Below, piece by piece: positions 51,254 to 64,000 of a DNA stretch of 64,000 nt. The position numbers and the translations under genes are program-made. The notes below the pieces were generated by a model, which did no database searches, had not been told where the DNA came from, and worked only from the letters and a program-made list of their open reading frames with translations. Numbering within the stretch: the first letter of the stretch is position 1; each line of letters starts with the position of its first letter. This DNA comes from Amphiscolops sp. MND2022 (lineage: Eukaryota), in contig OZ076409.1 in the NCBI GenBank assembly GCA_964187785.1, positions 97,216,001-97,280,000 on the forward strand, written 5' to 3'.

Positions 51254-52399
51254 AAGTTCATGATCCAAAATTTGCTCCGTTAAATTGTTTTCCAATATCT
51301 TTGAGCAAAATTCAAATCTCCGAAAGCACCGGACACGAAAGTTTGGCGTGATTGGAATTAGAACCTTCTTGAATATTGCGCGGCAAAGCGTGTACTATTA
51401 TACAGCAAATCAGCATCCTCGACAGTACACAGAGAAGTTGAAAAACTGACAAACGTTCTGCAAAATTTTTTCAAAGCCTCATTTCTCCACGAATACTAAC
51501 GGCAGCTCAAATCGATTTTTTCTTCTCTTTACTTCGCCTGGCATTTTAATTGCCGGTGGAATTTATAGCTCAACATACAGTAGCGTTCTAAAACAATGGA
51601 AACTCATTGCACAAAATGGCAAATTTCAATACCAATTATCTCGTAAACTGTCACGAATACAAAAGTTGCCTGATAGGGAAGTTTCTTCGAATTTTACCAA
51701 GTTTACAAAAATGTTCGTTTGAAATTTCTGCGACGAAATTTACAAAAGTTAGGAATCGTAAATTTCGACACAATTTTAGCAAATTTGCCAAAGTTTACGA
51801 CTTTGTATTTGTGGCAGTGCACTTTTTCTTGATTTTCATAAAGTTGAAGAACTATTTTGGAAAACTTCCATTCAATCAATGCTCCAAAAGCTCCTGAGGA
51901 TGCTGATTTGATTTGATCGAGATTTTTTGTCGATTTCAAATATATGTCATCAATTTTCCAGAGACAATTCTTTTAGCCCATCTTAATACATGTTCATAGA
52001 CACAAAAGAGAGTACATGTTTTCTGATTCCAAACAAATTCTCGATCAAAACAATTCAGGAGGTTCGGGAGACAATAGGGAGTTTCCAAATGAAAAAAAAT
52101 TTAATTCTAAGCCATTTTCGAAAAAACTCAAATTTCAATTAAAACTTTCCAAAAAGTGCATTTCTTAACTTTTTCAAAAGGGTCGTAGAAATTTCAAACA
52201 AGCATTTTTTGAAACTAGATAAATTTCCATGAAACTTTCCTAGCTGACAATGTTTCTTATCAGTCCCAGTTTGCAAGATATTTGGATTTGGAATTTGTAA
52301 TTTCTAGCAAGGGAGTTGCGATAAATTAGAACGCTACTGTACATTGTGAAAACTTCTATTCGCATCTTCAATGGTGGCCTAATGTGTTACTAGAAGGGA

Positions 52400-53200
52400 A
52401 TTTACCGAACAGTTTGGAGGCTTAGGTCTGTGATGTGCCTCAAACACCCAACTACTTGCCTGTTTTTCATTGTCGCAGCTATTACGGGACCTCTGCTCAA
52501 CAACAGAATTAGCCAAAATATGAGAAAAGCGACTGACGTATTCTCAGAACAAGCTCCGGATTTTGACCTGGAAGAACATTGGGTGTAGAGCGTGGGCGGG
52601 GGCTCAAAATCGCTTCAGCAGCTACATAATGAAACAACAAGTAGGGTTAATCTTCGAGCATCCAGACGCTCTCACACGCGATAACACACTGTCGTTCACA
52701 TTACCACATGCTACAGACTACCTATTTGCGAAGCCATCAAGAAACCTTTGACGAAAGTTTACAAACTCGGAATTTCGCAGTACGCTGTGCCAACAAAGTT
52801 TTGACCAAACACGAACATGCATTGCCTGTAACGCATCCCCAATGGACTCCTTCCGCAATCATGCCATAAGTTGTTCTACCACCACAATCTGCGAGACCGT
52901 GCTGCAGAAAAACAATAAGTTTTCCAATGCACAAATGTAGCTGTGCACAGATCGAACGCAAACATGGTTCTGTCAAGGGTGCTGATCAGAGAGCTTGAAC
53001 TTGTTCACCTGCGTTTTTGCCGAGAGAAGCTACCTTTTACACTCTCTACGCGTTTACGCGGCGATATCAGTGTGAAGGGCCATCTTGCCAAGACACCTCT
53101 CTGCTTCATTGAGGTAGAAAGAGAATCAAAGGATTGATTATCCGTCTCGTTTGACCAATAATGGTCCTTTTTGGATTTGATCTTCAATATCATTTGACTT
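52400..53200 (+). pseudogene. Degenerate RLE-type non-LTR retrotransposon remnant (CRE/NeSL-like)
   Basis: QFGGLGL*CAS...ACF at ~52410 and zinc knuckle CIACNASPMDSFRNHAISC at 52818-52875. Many stops. Confidence 0.45.
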
Positions 53201-53642
53201 GATCTAAAATGTCCATCCGAGATCAATCCAAGTGCTTTACGAAGTGTTCTGCTTGTGCCGGACTAGCTGTGGTACCAACCCAAGTGTGATTTTCGTCAAC
53301 CTTGGTCCTTGCGCACTTCACAACAACTCAATCCTGTAAGAAGCGCTGTGTTGAAGTGTACATGCAAAATGACCCTACAAATCACAGCTGAACCAAATAT
53401 CACAACGTGAACGCTTTGGAGAGTAACACATGTCGTGTGTATTGAATTGAATTTGGGGATAATTGATTTGGGGATTTATAGACAGAATAATAAATATATG
53501 ATCATAAGTTGAATGAAGTTGTAGTTGAAATATTACATATAAAAGGCATTTTTATTAGTAGTACTAATTTTCACAACATGACATTAGGACATATTTATTG
53601 TTATATAATTTCAGCAGAAAACTGTAGTAATATTGTTCAATT

Positions 53643-54930
53643 TTTAGTCGGCGTTTCATGAAGTGAAACGCGACCATGATCGTGACTTTTCTTTTTTTTT
53701 TCAATCCACACAAACTGACCAAATTAGTTCTTGAAAGATCTACAAAACTCTATTGCACCAAATTGCACTATTTGGTCTAGCGAACTGAACCAAAAATATT
53801 TTTCCTGTTTTCCCACGTAACATACCATACCGGACGAGACCAAAGGGTGCCCCTTTCTATTTTTTCGGCACTGCGAAGCTTTTTTGGAAATGTTTTCCCG
53901 CAAAGAGTCCCCTTCTCAATTTTTTCGCTGTTTCGCGACAGAATGGATGTTGAAAAATCCCAAAGGGTCCCTCCTTCAGTTTTTCGACATTGAGATTTTT
54001 TTCTAGAATTTTCTTCCCAAAGGGTTCCCCTTCAGTTTCTTTGATATTTTACAACAGAATGGGTGTTTAAAAATCCCAAAGGGTCCCCCCTTTCAAATTT
54101 CGGCATTGTGATACTTTTCGAAAATTTGTTTTTTCTCCAAAGGATACCCCCTTCAACTGCGACAGGAGTGTCGACAATTTCGAGAGTGTCCCCCCTTTTA
54201 GCACGCCAGGGGCTCGCGCTAGCTGGCCCCGGCGCGCCACTCGGTCCATTTTTTTGTTTTTGATTTTCGAGTACAGTAAATTGACACTTGGAAGTCCTTT
54301 TGCTATTTTTGAGCCTTGGATATGGCACCGACTTGGGCCGGTCCCGGCTAGTTTAAAAAAAGACGGGAATGTCTAAAGTCGGCGCCATGCCCAAGGCTCA
54401 AAAAGCACAGTTTTTAAAATATGCGTATTACGTTTCCATGAAAAATTCATGAAAAAGTTTAGAAACATCCAAAAGGTGCCTTTTGTGCTAGGAAAACGCT
54501 TGGGAAGTTCCGATATTGCGTGCTGAGACAAATACAAGCATTTGTTGTGATGCTACGCCTCCTCTTCTGATAAACGCAAATTACTTCGGATGTAACGTCA
54601 AAAGTTTGCATATAGCGTGCTGGGACAAATGAGAACGCTTGTTTTCGAACCTCCGCCTCCTTCGTACTAAAACGCAATATAGATTGGATATACAGTGGTC
54701 AACAAATTTGGATAGTATTGAAAAATAGTTGTCTTCGTTGAAAAATATTCTAAAAAAACCGAATGTCAAACAAAAATTGAGAATTTCAAGCATTCTCATA
54801 GTGCCGAAAAGTCTGAAAGAGGGCCATTTGGGGTTTTTTAAAACCCTTCTTTTAGCAGAATTTGTATAAAAAATTGCAAAGGTTAACGGCCAATTTCTCC
54901 GTAACGAAATTTTTTTTCGAAACACAAGTT
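53643..54930. mobile_element. Tail-to-tail pair of HINE-like elements (53643-54353 plus; 54356 onward minus)
   Basis: 5' tttttagtcggcgtttcatgaagtgaaacgcgac. 3' gcaccgact-gccgg-tc-ccggc-tagtt is immediately followed by aaaaaagacgggaatgtctaaagtcggcgc. Confidence 0.6.
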
Positions 54931-56573
54931 ACATTAACATTTGCAGGGCTTCTTGTTCCTTCGATTCGTCTAATTTTCACGCTATTTGGTTAACATTAAA
55001 GGCCTTAATTCGACCAAAAACTAAATTTGCCCTCCCAAAATTATCGTTTTTCAATCCGCCGCAGAAAAATCTATCAAAAAATTCTGACGACAACCAAAAG
55101 TTCCACAATGGCCAATAGCGACCTTTCCCAAAAATTGAATGCTCCTATGACTTCAGATTTTTAATATTGGTGAAAAAATAAAAGATTCAAAGGGGTTTTT
55201 GTCACCCTGTGAGAACTTTAGACTTCAGTCCAGCTTAAACACAAACTGGTCTTTCTTTAACCAGAAACACCAAAAACAAAACATATTTATTTTTGAATTT
55301 TCCTTTAGAATTAGTTAAAATAGCACAATGCTGAAAAACGTAAAAAAAACAGACCTTTTCGCTTCAAAAATGATTTTTTCTTGACCAAATGACACACGAG
55401 AAGTTACCAAAAAAGGCAAAAAATTCTCTAGGAAACGAAAAAAAAAGTTCTAGTAACTCAGCTCGTTTGAGTGAATTTTTTCGTAACAAACTGAATACCG
55501 TTTCAATTTTTATCATAGCTGAAATTTTTTTGGTATAGAAACAAACTCTGCCAAGAAACTTATTGCATGTTTAACTTTATAGGTATCGGTTACAATGTTC
55601 TAATGTGACATGACCTCAAAAACCAAAATGGGTTGAAAAACACGGAGTCACCATTTGGTAGCTGAAAAGAACTATTATGCAGTTTCTGAGTTTTGTTCTC
55701 AATTTTCTCAGTTTTGTTATGCAACAATATCCCGCAACAAATCAACCCCAGTCGAACTTCCATACATTTTCTGCAAGAATCTGTCAGATTTCACTTCCAA
55801 GATCTTGGAAGACAAAGCATTATTTTTGCAGGTATCTTGGAAGATCTTGGAAGAAAATGTCTGGTCTTGCAAGATCTTGCAAGAAATGTGTGAGTCTTGG
55901 AAGTAACTTGGAAGAAAATGTCACAACAGAAAAATCAATTGAAAAAAGCAACCAATTTTAAAAGTTGGATTCGTATCAAAACATTTGTTGGAGAACACTA
56001 CTCAACGTGTTTACTATTTGTGATTGCTATTTCCCATTTAAAAGGAATGGGAAATGACTTCCCAAAATGTGAAATGATTTCGAATCTTAATCTTTGAGAA
56101 CTTATTTTGATTTTCTCCGAATTATGAACCCCGTCTTGGGACTGATTCGGCTAATCTGAACTCATTTTGAGGGCCAATCGCACAGTCGGCTAATGGCGCC
56201 GTCGGCAAAATGACCTAGCACCTTTCAAAAGGACGATGATATAATACGTCATATGTACAGCATCAGATTAAACACGTAAAACCAGATCTGTGTAAATTTG
56301 AGCTAAATATGAGATAAGGAAAGTACGTAATCTGCGTGTGTTTGCAATACCTTTTCCATTGGGCTCTGCTTTCGTATTCTGCAAATGTATGTTTGCGTTT
56401 CTTCTTTAGTATTTAGTTTGGTGCTCAAAAGCGGATTAGTGCGCGCGGATTAGTTCACAAACTTGGTGGATAACTCATCACACGAAAAATCTGCGTAGCT
56501 TTCAGTCTTAATTTATTCACGCATTTTGCCCATTTATTGTTTAACCCTGTTTAATGCCAACTCAGCAATAGTC

Positions 56574-56609
56574 ATGGCTGAAGGAGTTATAGAAGTTAAC
56601 TGTAAAAAG
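56574..56609 (+). CDS. Probable first coding exon of an unidentified gene (MAEGVIEVNCKK)
   Basis: gtcATGG start context and consensus donor AAG|GTGAGT. CCAAT and repeated gcggattag upstream. No downstream exon recognised in the window. Confidence 0.4.
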
Positions 56610-56665
56610 GTGAGTTTAATTCAGAAGTTTACATTTTTCTTTTTAGCACTCGAAAGTATATGTGA

Positions 56666-59600
56666 TGTGACACAAGCATCAAAAATGTGTCAATCCAACA
56701 AGTGTCAATGATAAACCTTGGCGAATAACATGACACAAAACTACCTGCCAATGATCTTATGTTCTGAAGTCATGTAGTTACAGATAGATACAAGTTGAAG
56801 ATAAAGTACAGTCGTTTGATACAACTTTGTTACTTTGAACCATTCCAGTCTTAATACATTCTTTGAACTTTTCCTGACCTACTTTATGGCGCAGTCAGCA
56901 ATCTGATCAAAACAATGGAAAACAACAACACCAATCCGAACCTAAATGAAGGTGAGCCGAATATATCGGAACGATCATCCAGAACGAACAACACTACAAC
57001 ATCGTCAGAACGGATGGAGAAAACCAAATACAAAATTCCCATACTATCAGACAGGGAAACAGACCTCACCAAAATCAATCCCAAAATGTGGTGGGAGCAG
57101 ATTTCGGAATACATCCATTTGACATATAACCGAAATCTAGAAGAAATCATCGATGAAGGGACAGAATACATGGATCCCCACACAGTCTACCACATTAAAG
57201 GTGATGTTATCTGGGCACTTGGCCCAAAAGCCAAACATGAAATCATGAGAGGTCAATGGGGCCGTGAACTGAAAGAAGTGAATCTTTCCGAACTACTAAC
57301 CCTGTTCAAGAAAACTTTCCTCCCTGCAAGAAATATATTTCATAGCCGGGCACAGTTCTTTAACATGAAGCAGGAAGACAATGAAACACTCGATGAATAC
57401 TGGAAGAGACTCGTAGACATCGAGAGAAAGTGCGACTTCGGCAACATCACAGCAGAGGAAATCATTACATACAAATTCGCATCAACAATAAAAGACAAAA
57501 AAGCCCGTGATAAATTCATAAGAGGCCCCCTGAAATTACAACTCGTCCTCGACACGATAGAACTTGACAATTACAACCGAAAATACGGGGACAAGAGGCC
57601 GAAAAGCAAAAAAGCCCGGAAAGATTCATCAAACAGCTCAACATCCACCGAATTGATCGGCCATACCAACCAGTCACGGAAACGCAAAACAAATTTTACC
57701 GAGAAAAAGAAATTTCCAAACCGGGATTGCCGCTTTTGTGGAAAACCAAACTGGTCAATGGAACATATCTGTCCGGCACGGAAGGCTCAATGCAACAATT
57801 GCAAAAAGATGGGACACTTTGCCAAAGTATGCAAATCCAAGACCGTCAGCCGGATAAAAGAAACGGCTTCATCGGACAGCAGTACCGAACCATGGCCGGA
57901 GATTGACCATATTCAGTCCGTCAACGGTGTGAACTGCATTGACTTTTACAAAGCAATCCTCTTGGTCCATGGCCAACCAATAGAATTTATCATTGATACA
58001 GGCTCACCCGTGACCATCATACCTCCAATTATCACACCAAAAGACATAAAGAAAACGACAAAAACTTTTGTCGACGTGAATAAAAACCCCATCAAATTCA
58101 AGGGCGAGGCCATGGTCGAAGTGAAAACGGAAAAAAGCAAAGAGACATTACCTATCCTGATCACAGAGAACAAAAACACACAACCACTGTTGGGATTGGA
58201 CTGGCTGGATAGACTGGAAATTGGACTACAAGGCAGCAAAAAGACAAATGTGATCCGCTATGTGGAAGAAGAAGATAGACGAAAGAAAATTATCAACGAA
58301 CACGAAGACTTATTCAAAAACAACCACACCATAAAAGACCTAACAATCGACATTCAGCTGAAGAAAGATGTAAAGCCCATACAACAAAAGGGACGACCAG
58401 TCCCCATACACTTTCAAAAAAGCGTCCGAGATGAACTGGAGAAACTTATCAAATCGGGACATATCGAGAAAGCGGACGAGACTACAGAAAATTGTTTCAT
58501 TTCCCCTGCCGTCATAACCATCAAAAAGGACAAGTCGGTCAAAATCGCCCTGGATTCAAGAAAACTTAACGAGGCATGCGTAAAGCGAAAAGCAGCAATG
58601 CCAAACATGGAGGAATTAATCAGCAAAATCTCCGCCAAAATAACTAACGGCGAAGGCGAAATCTGGATGTCTAAAATAGACCTGGACTACGCCTACGGCC
58701 AGGCAAAATTAGCAAAAGAAGCAGCCAAACACTGTGTATTTTCAATAATTGGCGGAGACTTCACTGGTCATTACCGCTTCAAGAAGGGTTTCTACGGATT
58801 ATCTGACATTCCGACGGTATTCCAAGAACACATTGACAACGTGCTAGAATTTAAAACCCCTGTTTGGCTAGATGACATCATTTGCGTGACGAATGGAAGC
58901 ATTGATGATCATGAAAAAGAACTGCGAGAAGTACTGAAGAAACTACAAAACGCCGGATACCGAGCCAGCGAAAAGAAAACGGAACTGTTCAAGAAAGAAC
59001 TAACCTGGCTCGGCTACTTTATTAATCAGAATGGCGTAAAACCAATCGAGGACAAAACGGAGGCAATTACGAAATTAGCCGCACCAAAAAACGTGAAGGA
59101 GTTAAAATCCTTCCTTGGATCGATACAACACTTATCCAAATTCATCAATAATCTGTCAAAGAAAACCGATCGAATGAGGAGGTTACTCAAAAAGGATGTC
59201 AAATGGGATTGGACAGCAGAAATAGACGACGACTTTGAACAACTGAAGAAGGAAATTACGGAAGCCCCGTGTCTTGCCCACTTCGACCCAAAAAGGGACA
59301 ACTATATCACAACAGACGCTTGCAATACTGGACTGGGAGCGACCCTATGACAAAAGGAAGGTATAGTATTCAGGCCCATAGCTTTTGCCAGTAGATTTTT
59401 AACCGACTGCGAAAGAAAATACGCAATAAATGAACTAGAGTTACTGGGAGCTTTATGGGGATTAGAGCACTTCCGATATTACGTTTACGGTAAAAGAGTT
59501 AATTTGCTAACAGACCACCAGGCATTACAACCGTTACTGAAAAAGAATCGGGCACACAAACAATACAGTGCACGGCTAACTCGTTGGTTGGATAGATTGA

Positions 59601-62600
59601 GCCACTTCGATATTAATATTCAATACACGGCCGGTAAAAACATTCCGCTTACGGATTATCTAAGCCGTCATCCGATCGTACCGACCGAAATTGCCGAATT
59701 AGAAAACAAAGCGGACGGACAAAACGAAGCGGAAGCCGACGAAGAGTTCGTCATTAACCAAATATACGGCCTATTTGAATTCAATCGAGAGCGAGGAAGC
59801 ATAAAGCGATTCACCGAACAACTGAACGCGAGAGAAAATTCCGACCAATCACAGCACGACAAAATTTCATGCGAACAGAATTCAAACACTCATTTGTTTA
59901 AAACCTCACCGCTGCCAATTAACATTATCGATCGCGAATCATCAAATTCAAAAATGGACAAAGTCAATGGCATAGATATGAATTTCATCTTCAAGAAAAG
60001 GGGCCATTCCCCAGAAACCAAACGCCTGTGGATCGAGAGAAATCACTTACTGAAGCCGGATCGGACACGAATTGTCGGGAAAGGCAAAGAAAGTGAACGG
60101 ATACAGGAGTATCGACCAAATCAGGCAAGCAGAAAAAGAATCGCAGAAATCAACATCAAAATTTATAACCGCTTCTTCAGATACTGCGAAACACTCGAGA
60201 CGACACCCCTGCTAGAATATCAACAAAACAACAACGAATCTTGGCTGCACAACAACCAATCGGACGGAGAAAGCGAGACTAGTCACATCAAACGGGACAA
60301 GTGCCCCACAAGTGCTCTAAAGAAATTTAAGAAGCACGAAACCGTAAACTTAATCCGACTCAAACAGACAGCAATAAAGAATACACTCAGCAACGACCAA
60401 AATCAAGGCACAGAAGAAACCATCAAAAGAGTAGAAAAAGATTTCGCACTGGACATCCCACTGCTGGTTGACGAAACAGCACGAGATATAAAGATACTCA
60501 ATGCAATCGCGGCCATCGAAAACCAACAACCGGATAGCATTTTTTATCCCTATCGTCCACACCGGTCACATCTATCCACGAGATTTGGCCTACTGTTCTA
60601 CAACGACAGGATAGTGATTCCGGAAAACATGCGGACAACGGTGATAGCCATGTTACACCACGGACATACATCGGCTGGAAAAATGGAAAAGCTAGCCGTA
60701 GCCTTCTGGTGGCCGGGAATGAACCGCGAAATCCACGAAAAAGCCGAATCATGCCCAAGCTGTAGAGCCGCAGGTAAGAATCTTACTACTCAAATTCCGT
60801 CCACGGAAAAAAATAAATTAGACATTTCAACGGAACCAAATCAAGAAATCCAATTGGATTTCGCCGGTCCAATCAAATCAAAAACACGCGGCGATGTATA
60901 TATTTTAGTAGCAATTGACCGTTTTAGCAAATGGCCGACCGCACATATTTGCAAAAGCGCGGATACACGGACCGTCAAGAAATTTTTATCTAAATATTTT
61001 ACGGACAACGGGATACCAAGGGTTATTCGAACCGACAACGGAAGCTGCTTTAAAAGCATCGAATTCAAACAGTTCTGTAAAGACCAAAATATTAAACGTA
61101 TACGGTGCACTCCAAATTTACACACCGGCACCGGTCTGGTTGAACGAGCTATCCGGTCAATTAAATCGCTCACCCGAGCAAACATGGCAGACGGCCTAAC
61201 TTTTGAAGACAGTGTCCAACTAGCAATAAGAACAATCAGACAAACGCCGCACAGCAAACTAAAAATGACACCCTTCCAAATGCATCTAGGTAGAAAACCG
61301 CGCACCGCTCTGATTAATTTAATAGACAAGCCGGAATGTCTACTTGCTAATTGGAAGAAAACGCTAACCAATTACGTTTTAGCCCAACCAACAGAACTAC
61401 AGGTCGTCACTATCAATGATGCAGGAGGAGAACTAGCCGACTACTTGGTGTTAAACGAACCAAAGAAGAAAGGACGCTCGGTAAGCCGGGATTTTAAAAA
61501 CTACCAATTTTATGAGAAAGAAAACAAACCGAATTCCATGAAATGTGGTTTTAAAACAAATAAGATTTTAACAGCAGTAGCAGAAACAAAACACACGGTA
61601 ACTACCTCTGAAGGGAAGATAATACACAAAAAACTGGCGTCAAAACCCCTAAAATTTCAGACACCAAGAAAACCCGAAGAACAAAGACGGCCAACCAACA
61701 GATGCCGCAGATGCGGGAAATTCAGCAGTGGCGATCTGTGTGAAACGCATCTACGCCTTGAGGTGGCCAGACAAGACAATAACAACAACGAACCCGGTAC
61801 CAGTTACACCGCAATTCCGACCATGCCGTCAAAGAAACGAACATACAGCCGCGTGATACTGCACGACTCCTCTAGCAACGACTCGGAACCGACAAACAAT
61901 CAAGACGATATGACCACCTCAGAAGGAGAAGCCACCGAAGACATCACACTCAGGGACATGATCGGCCGGGAAGTCGAACGCCTACGGTCGGAAACACCGA
62001 TGCCGTCCTCCCCAATCGGATGTAGCACGGAACTGGTCCCGCCCGAAGACACAGCACAACCGGACACATCCGGAACACCAATCCGGAATCAAGGCACTTC
62101 CGGCATAGAAACCGTACATCAGAACGCCACAGGTAAAGTACGGCTAAAACAAAATGATAACGGGGAAAATAACCCACTAGATCTAACCATAGAGCCACGT
62201 AGATCTGAAAGAATAAAAAATGCAAAGAGAACAGTCAAACTAGGTGGTGTTGAGTATTTTTAACAGTGATCCATTTAGGAACTGAGTATACATTCACCAT
62301 TCCAAGGAGATATCCAATTACTCCGTTTCCACGAATCAAGAACAACCCCCCTCAGCACGACTGGTTTCCCTGAACGTCATGGAGGAGGGAATGTGACACA
62401 AGCATCAAAAATGTGTCAATCCAACAAGTGTCAATGATAAACCTTGGCGAATAACATGACACAAAACTACCTGCCAATGATCTTATGTTCTGAAGTCATG
62501 TAGTTACAGATAGATACAAGTTGAAGATAAAGTACAGTCGTTTGATACAACTTTGTTACTTTGAACCATTCCAGTCTTAATACATTCTTTGAACTTTTCC

Positions 62601-62612
62601 TGACCTACTTTA
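56666..62612 (+). mobile_element. Ty3/Gypsy LTR retrotransposon, full length, identical 221-bp LTRs
   Basis: LTRs 56666-56886 and 62392-62612 (TG...TA). TSD TGTGA. PBS TGGCGCAGTCAGCA (tRNA-Ser-like 3' end) at 56887. PPT ggaggagggaa at 62381-62391. Confidence 0.97.
56915..62263 (+). CDS. Gypsy gag-pol single frame (1782 codons) with one in-frame TGA at 59348-59350
   Basis: ORFs 56915..59350 and 59504..62263 share a frame, and the gap reads QKEG...IAFASR...YAINELE. CCHC knuckles, PR IIDTGS, RT WLDDII, RNase H TDAC, IN HHCC + QLDFAGP/TDNG/VER. Confidence 0.93.
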
Positions 62613-64000
62613 TGTGAATAATACTTTGCTGTAAAATTCTAAAGTGAAAGTATTTCGCTTCAAAAATGCAATATTTGTGATAAAATTTCTCTAAAGTAAA
62701 AGTTGAAAAAGAATTTGTAAAATTATGAAGTGAAACTATTTTGCCTCAAAAGTGCAATGATGATGATAGAATTTCAAGAGTCTCAACTTCTAAGTGAAAC
62801 TACTTTTGTTCAAAATACGATTTGATTGTTTTGTTATCTAAGGTTAACTCTTCTATTCTGAAAGCAAAACCATTTTTATTCACATCACCCTGGCTGAGAA
62901 AACACTTTTTTGCAAGGATTTCGCAAGAATCTTTCAAGATCATGCAAGGAGTCGCATGTGTCTTGTATTTCTTCAAGGGACTATGCATGATCCTTTTATT
63001 TCCATGCCTACAATGCATGACCATACATAGACCATGCACTTTAACTTGAAAACATGTTTTTTGAAACTTTTTTTTACATTAAAAACGGCATATTTTATGA
63101 AAAAAGTTTCAAAAAATATGTTTTCAAATTTTTTTACGCTGCACGAAAGGAGAAAGTAACTCAAAAAAATTTCTAAAGTCAAAATTTTGTTTCAAACGCA
63201 ATTCATTTTAAAGTTTGGGTATTCGATCTCCGTCAATATCTCCATTGACATGGATTTCATTGAAAAACCGTTTTTTCCTTCGTATCTTCTATGGTTCTTT
63301 AAATTATTTTCCTGAGCTAATTCAGCTTTTTTGAGACTTTGAAATGTACATGGACCATTCATGGAATTCACATGATTTGCCAAAACGGGATTCTTGTACG
63401 ATCCATGCCATGTCACTGCCATAAAAGGACTATACATTAGACAGTTTCACAAAAAGGTCATACTGCAAAAAAAAAACAAATTTCTGAAAAGGATCAGGAC
63501 CATTCCATTTATCCCTCCCAAACTGCGGCGTGGGGGGATAAGACAGAAGACAGAAGGTTGAAATACCATTATGTCGACATCGTTTGCGTTGAAATTTTGG
63601 TCCAATAAAATAATTGATATCGATATAATCTTATCAATTACATTGACTGTCAGTTAAAAGTTGCTCATTAGATTTTATAGCGGACAAAATTTGCGCTGAA
63701 ATAGGGGCTTTTTTATACGATTTCAGCTTGTTACAAACGTAAATTTCTGCTATTTTGGACAAAAATATCACGAAATTATGGTAATTTTCTACCTGAAGTG
63801 TCCAAACAGTTGTAGAGACAATCCTCTAAATATATACATTCATATAATATTCTCTTATTAGCGAAATATTTTTATTCAAATACAAAATGTGCTTTCGTGT
63901 TTGGGGGGGGAGATATTCCTAACAAGGTTTACCTGGGGGGAAATAGATGACATGGTCCAACCCGTACTGGAAACCCAATGCAACCCACCGGTGACCACCG

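Noticed and set aside
59348-59350. Selenocysteine recoding of the Gypsy TGA
   Set aside because: The homologous residue is Trp and no SECIS-like element was recognised.
46088-62225. Antisense ORFs overlapping BEL and Gypsy pol
   Set aside because: Expected shadow frames of long coding sequences; no recognisable domains.

Overview
AT-rich, repeat-dense, intron-rich animal genomic DNA. An acoel flatworm or similar invertebrate is my unverified impression only. Two host genes can be assembled exon by exon and are transcribed convergently. (1) A plus-strand endophilin-B-like N-BAR gene (coding exons 12895-13083, 17434-17527, 20059-20297, 27601-27789; first exon uncertain) stops right after the BAR domain with no SH3 and seems to need a GC-AG intron. 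(2) A minus-strand atypical Rho-family GTPase (42023-41814, 38366-38270, 30611-30283; 211 aa) lacks a CAAX box and ends in a basic amphipathic helix. A probable first exon of a third gene lies at 56574-56609. The rest is mostly mobile and repetitive DNA: a near-intact Gypsy element with identical LTRs and one nonsense codon (56666-62612); a BEL/Pao element (44562-51253) whose 5' LTR is scrambled into a multi-junction fold-back palindrome; a truncated BEL fragment; a hAT element nested in another hAT; many Helentron-associated (HINE/DINE-1-like) non-autonomous elements; tRNA-derived SINEs; CACTA/CCC-ended MITEs; and two intronic satellites with higher-order structure. All coordinates were counted by eye and all family assignments come from motif recognition, not database searches.
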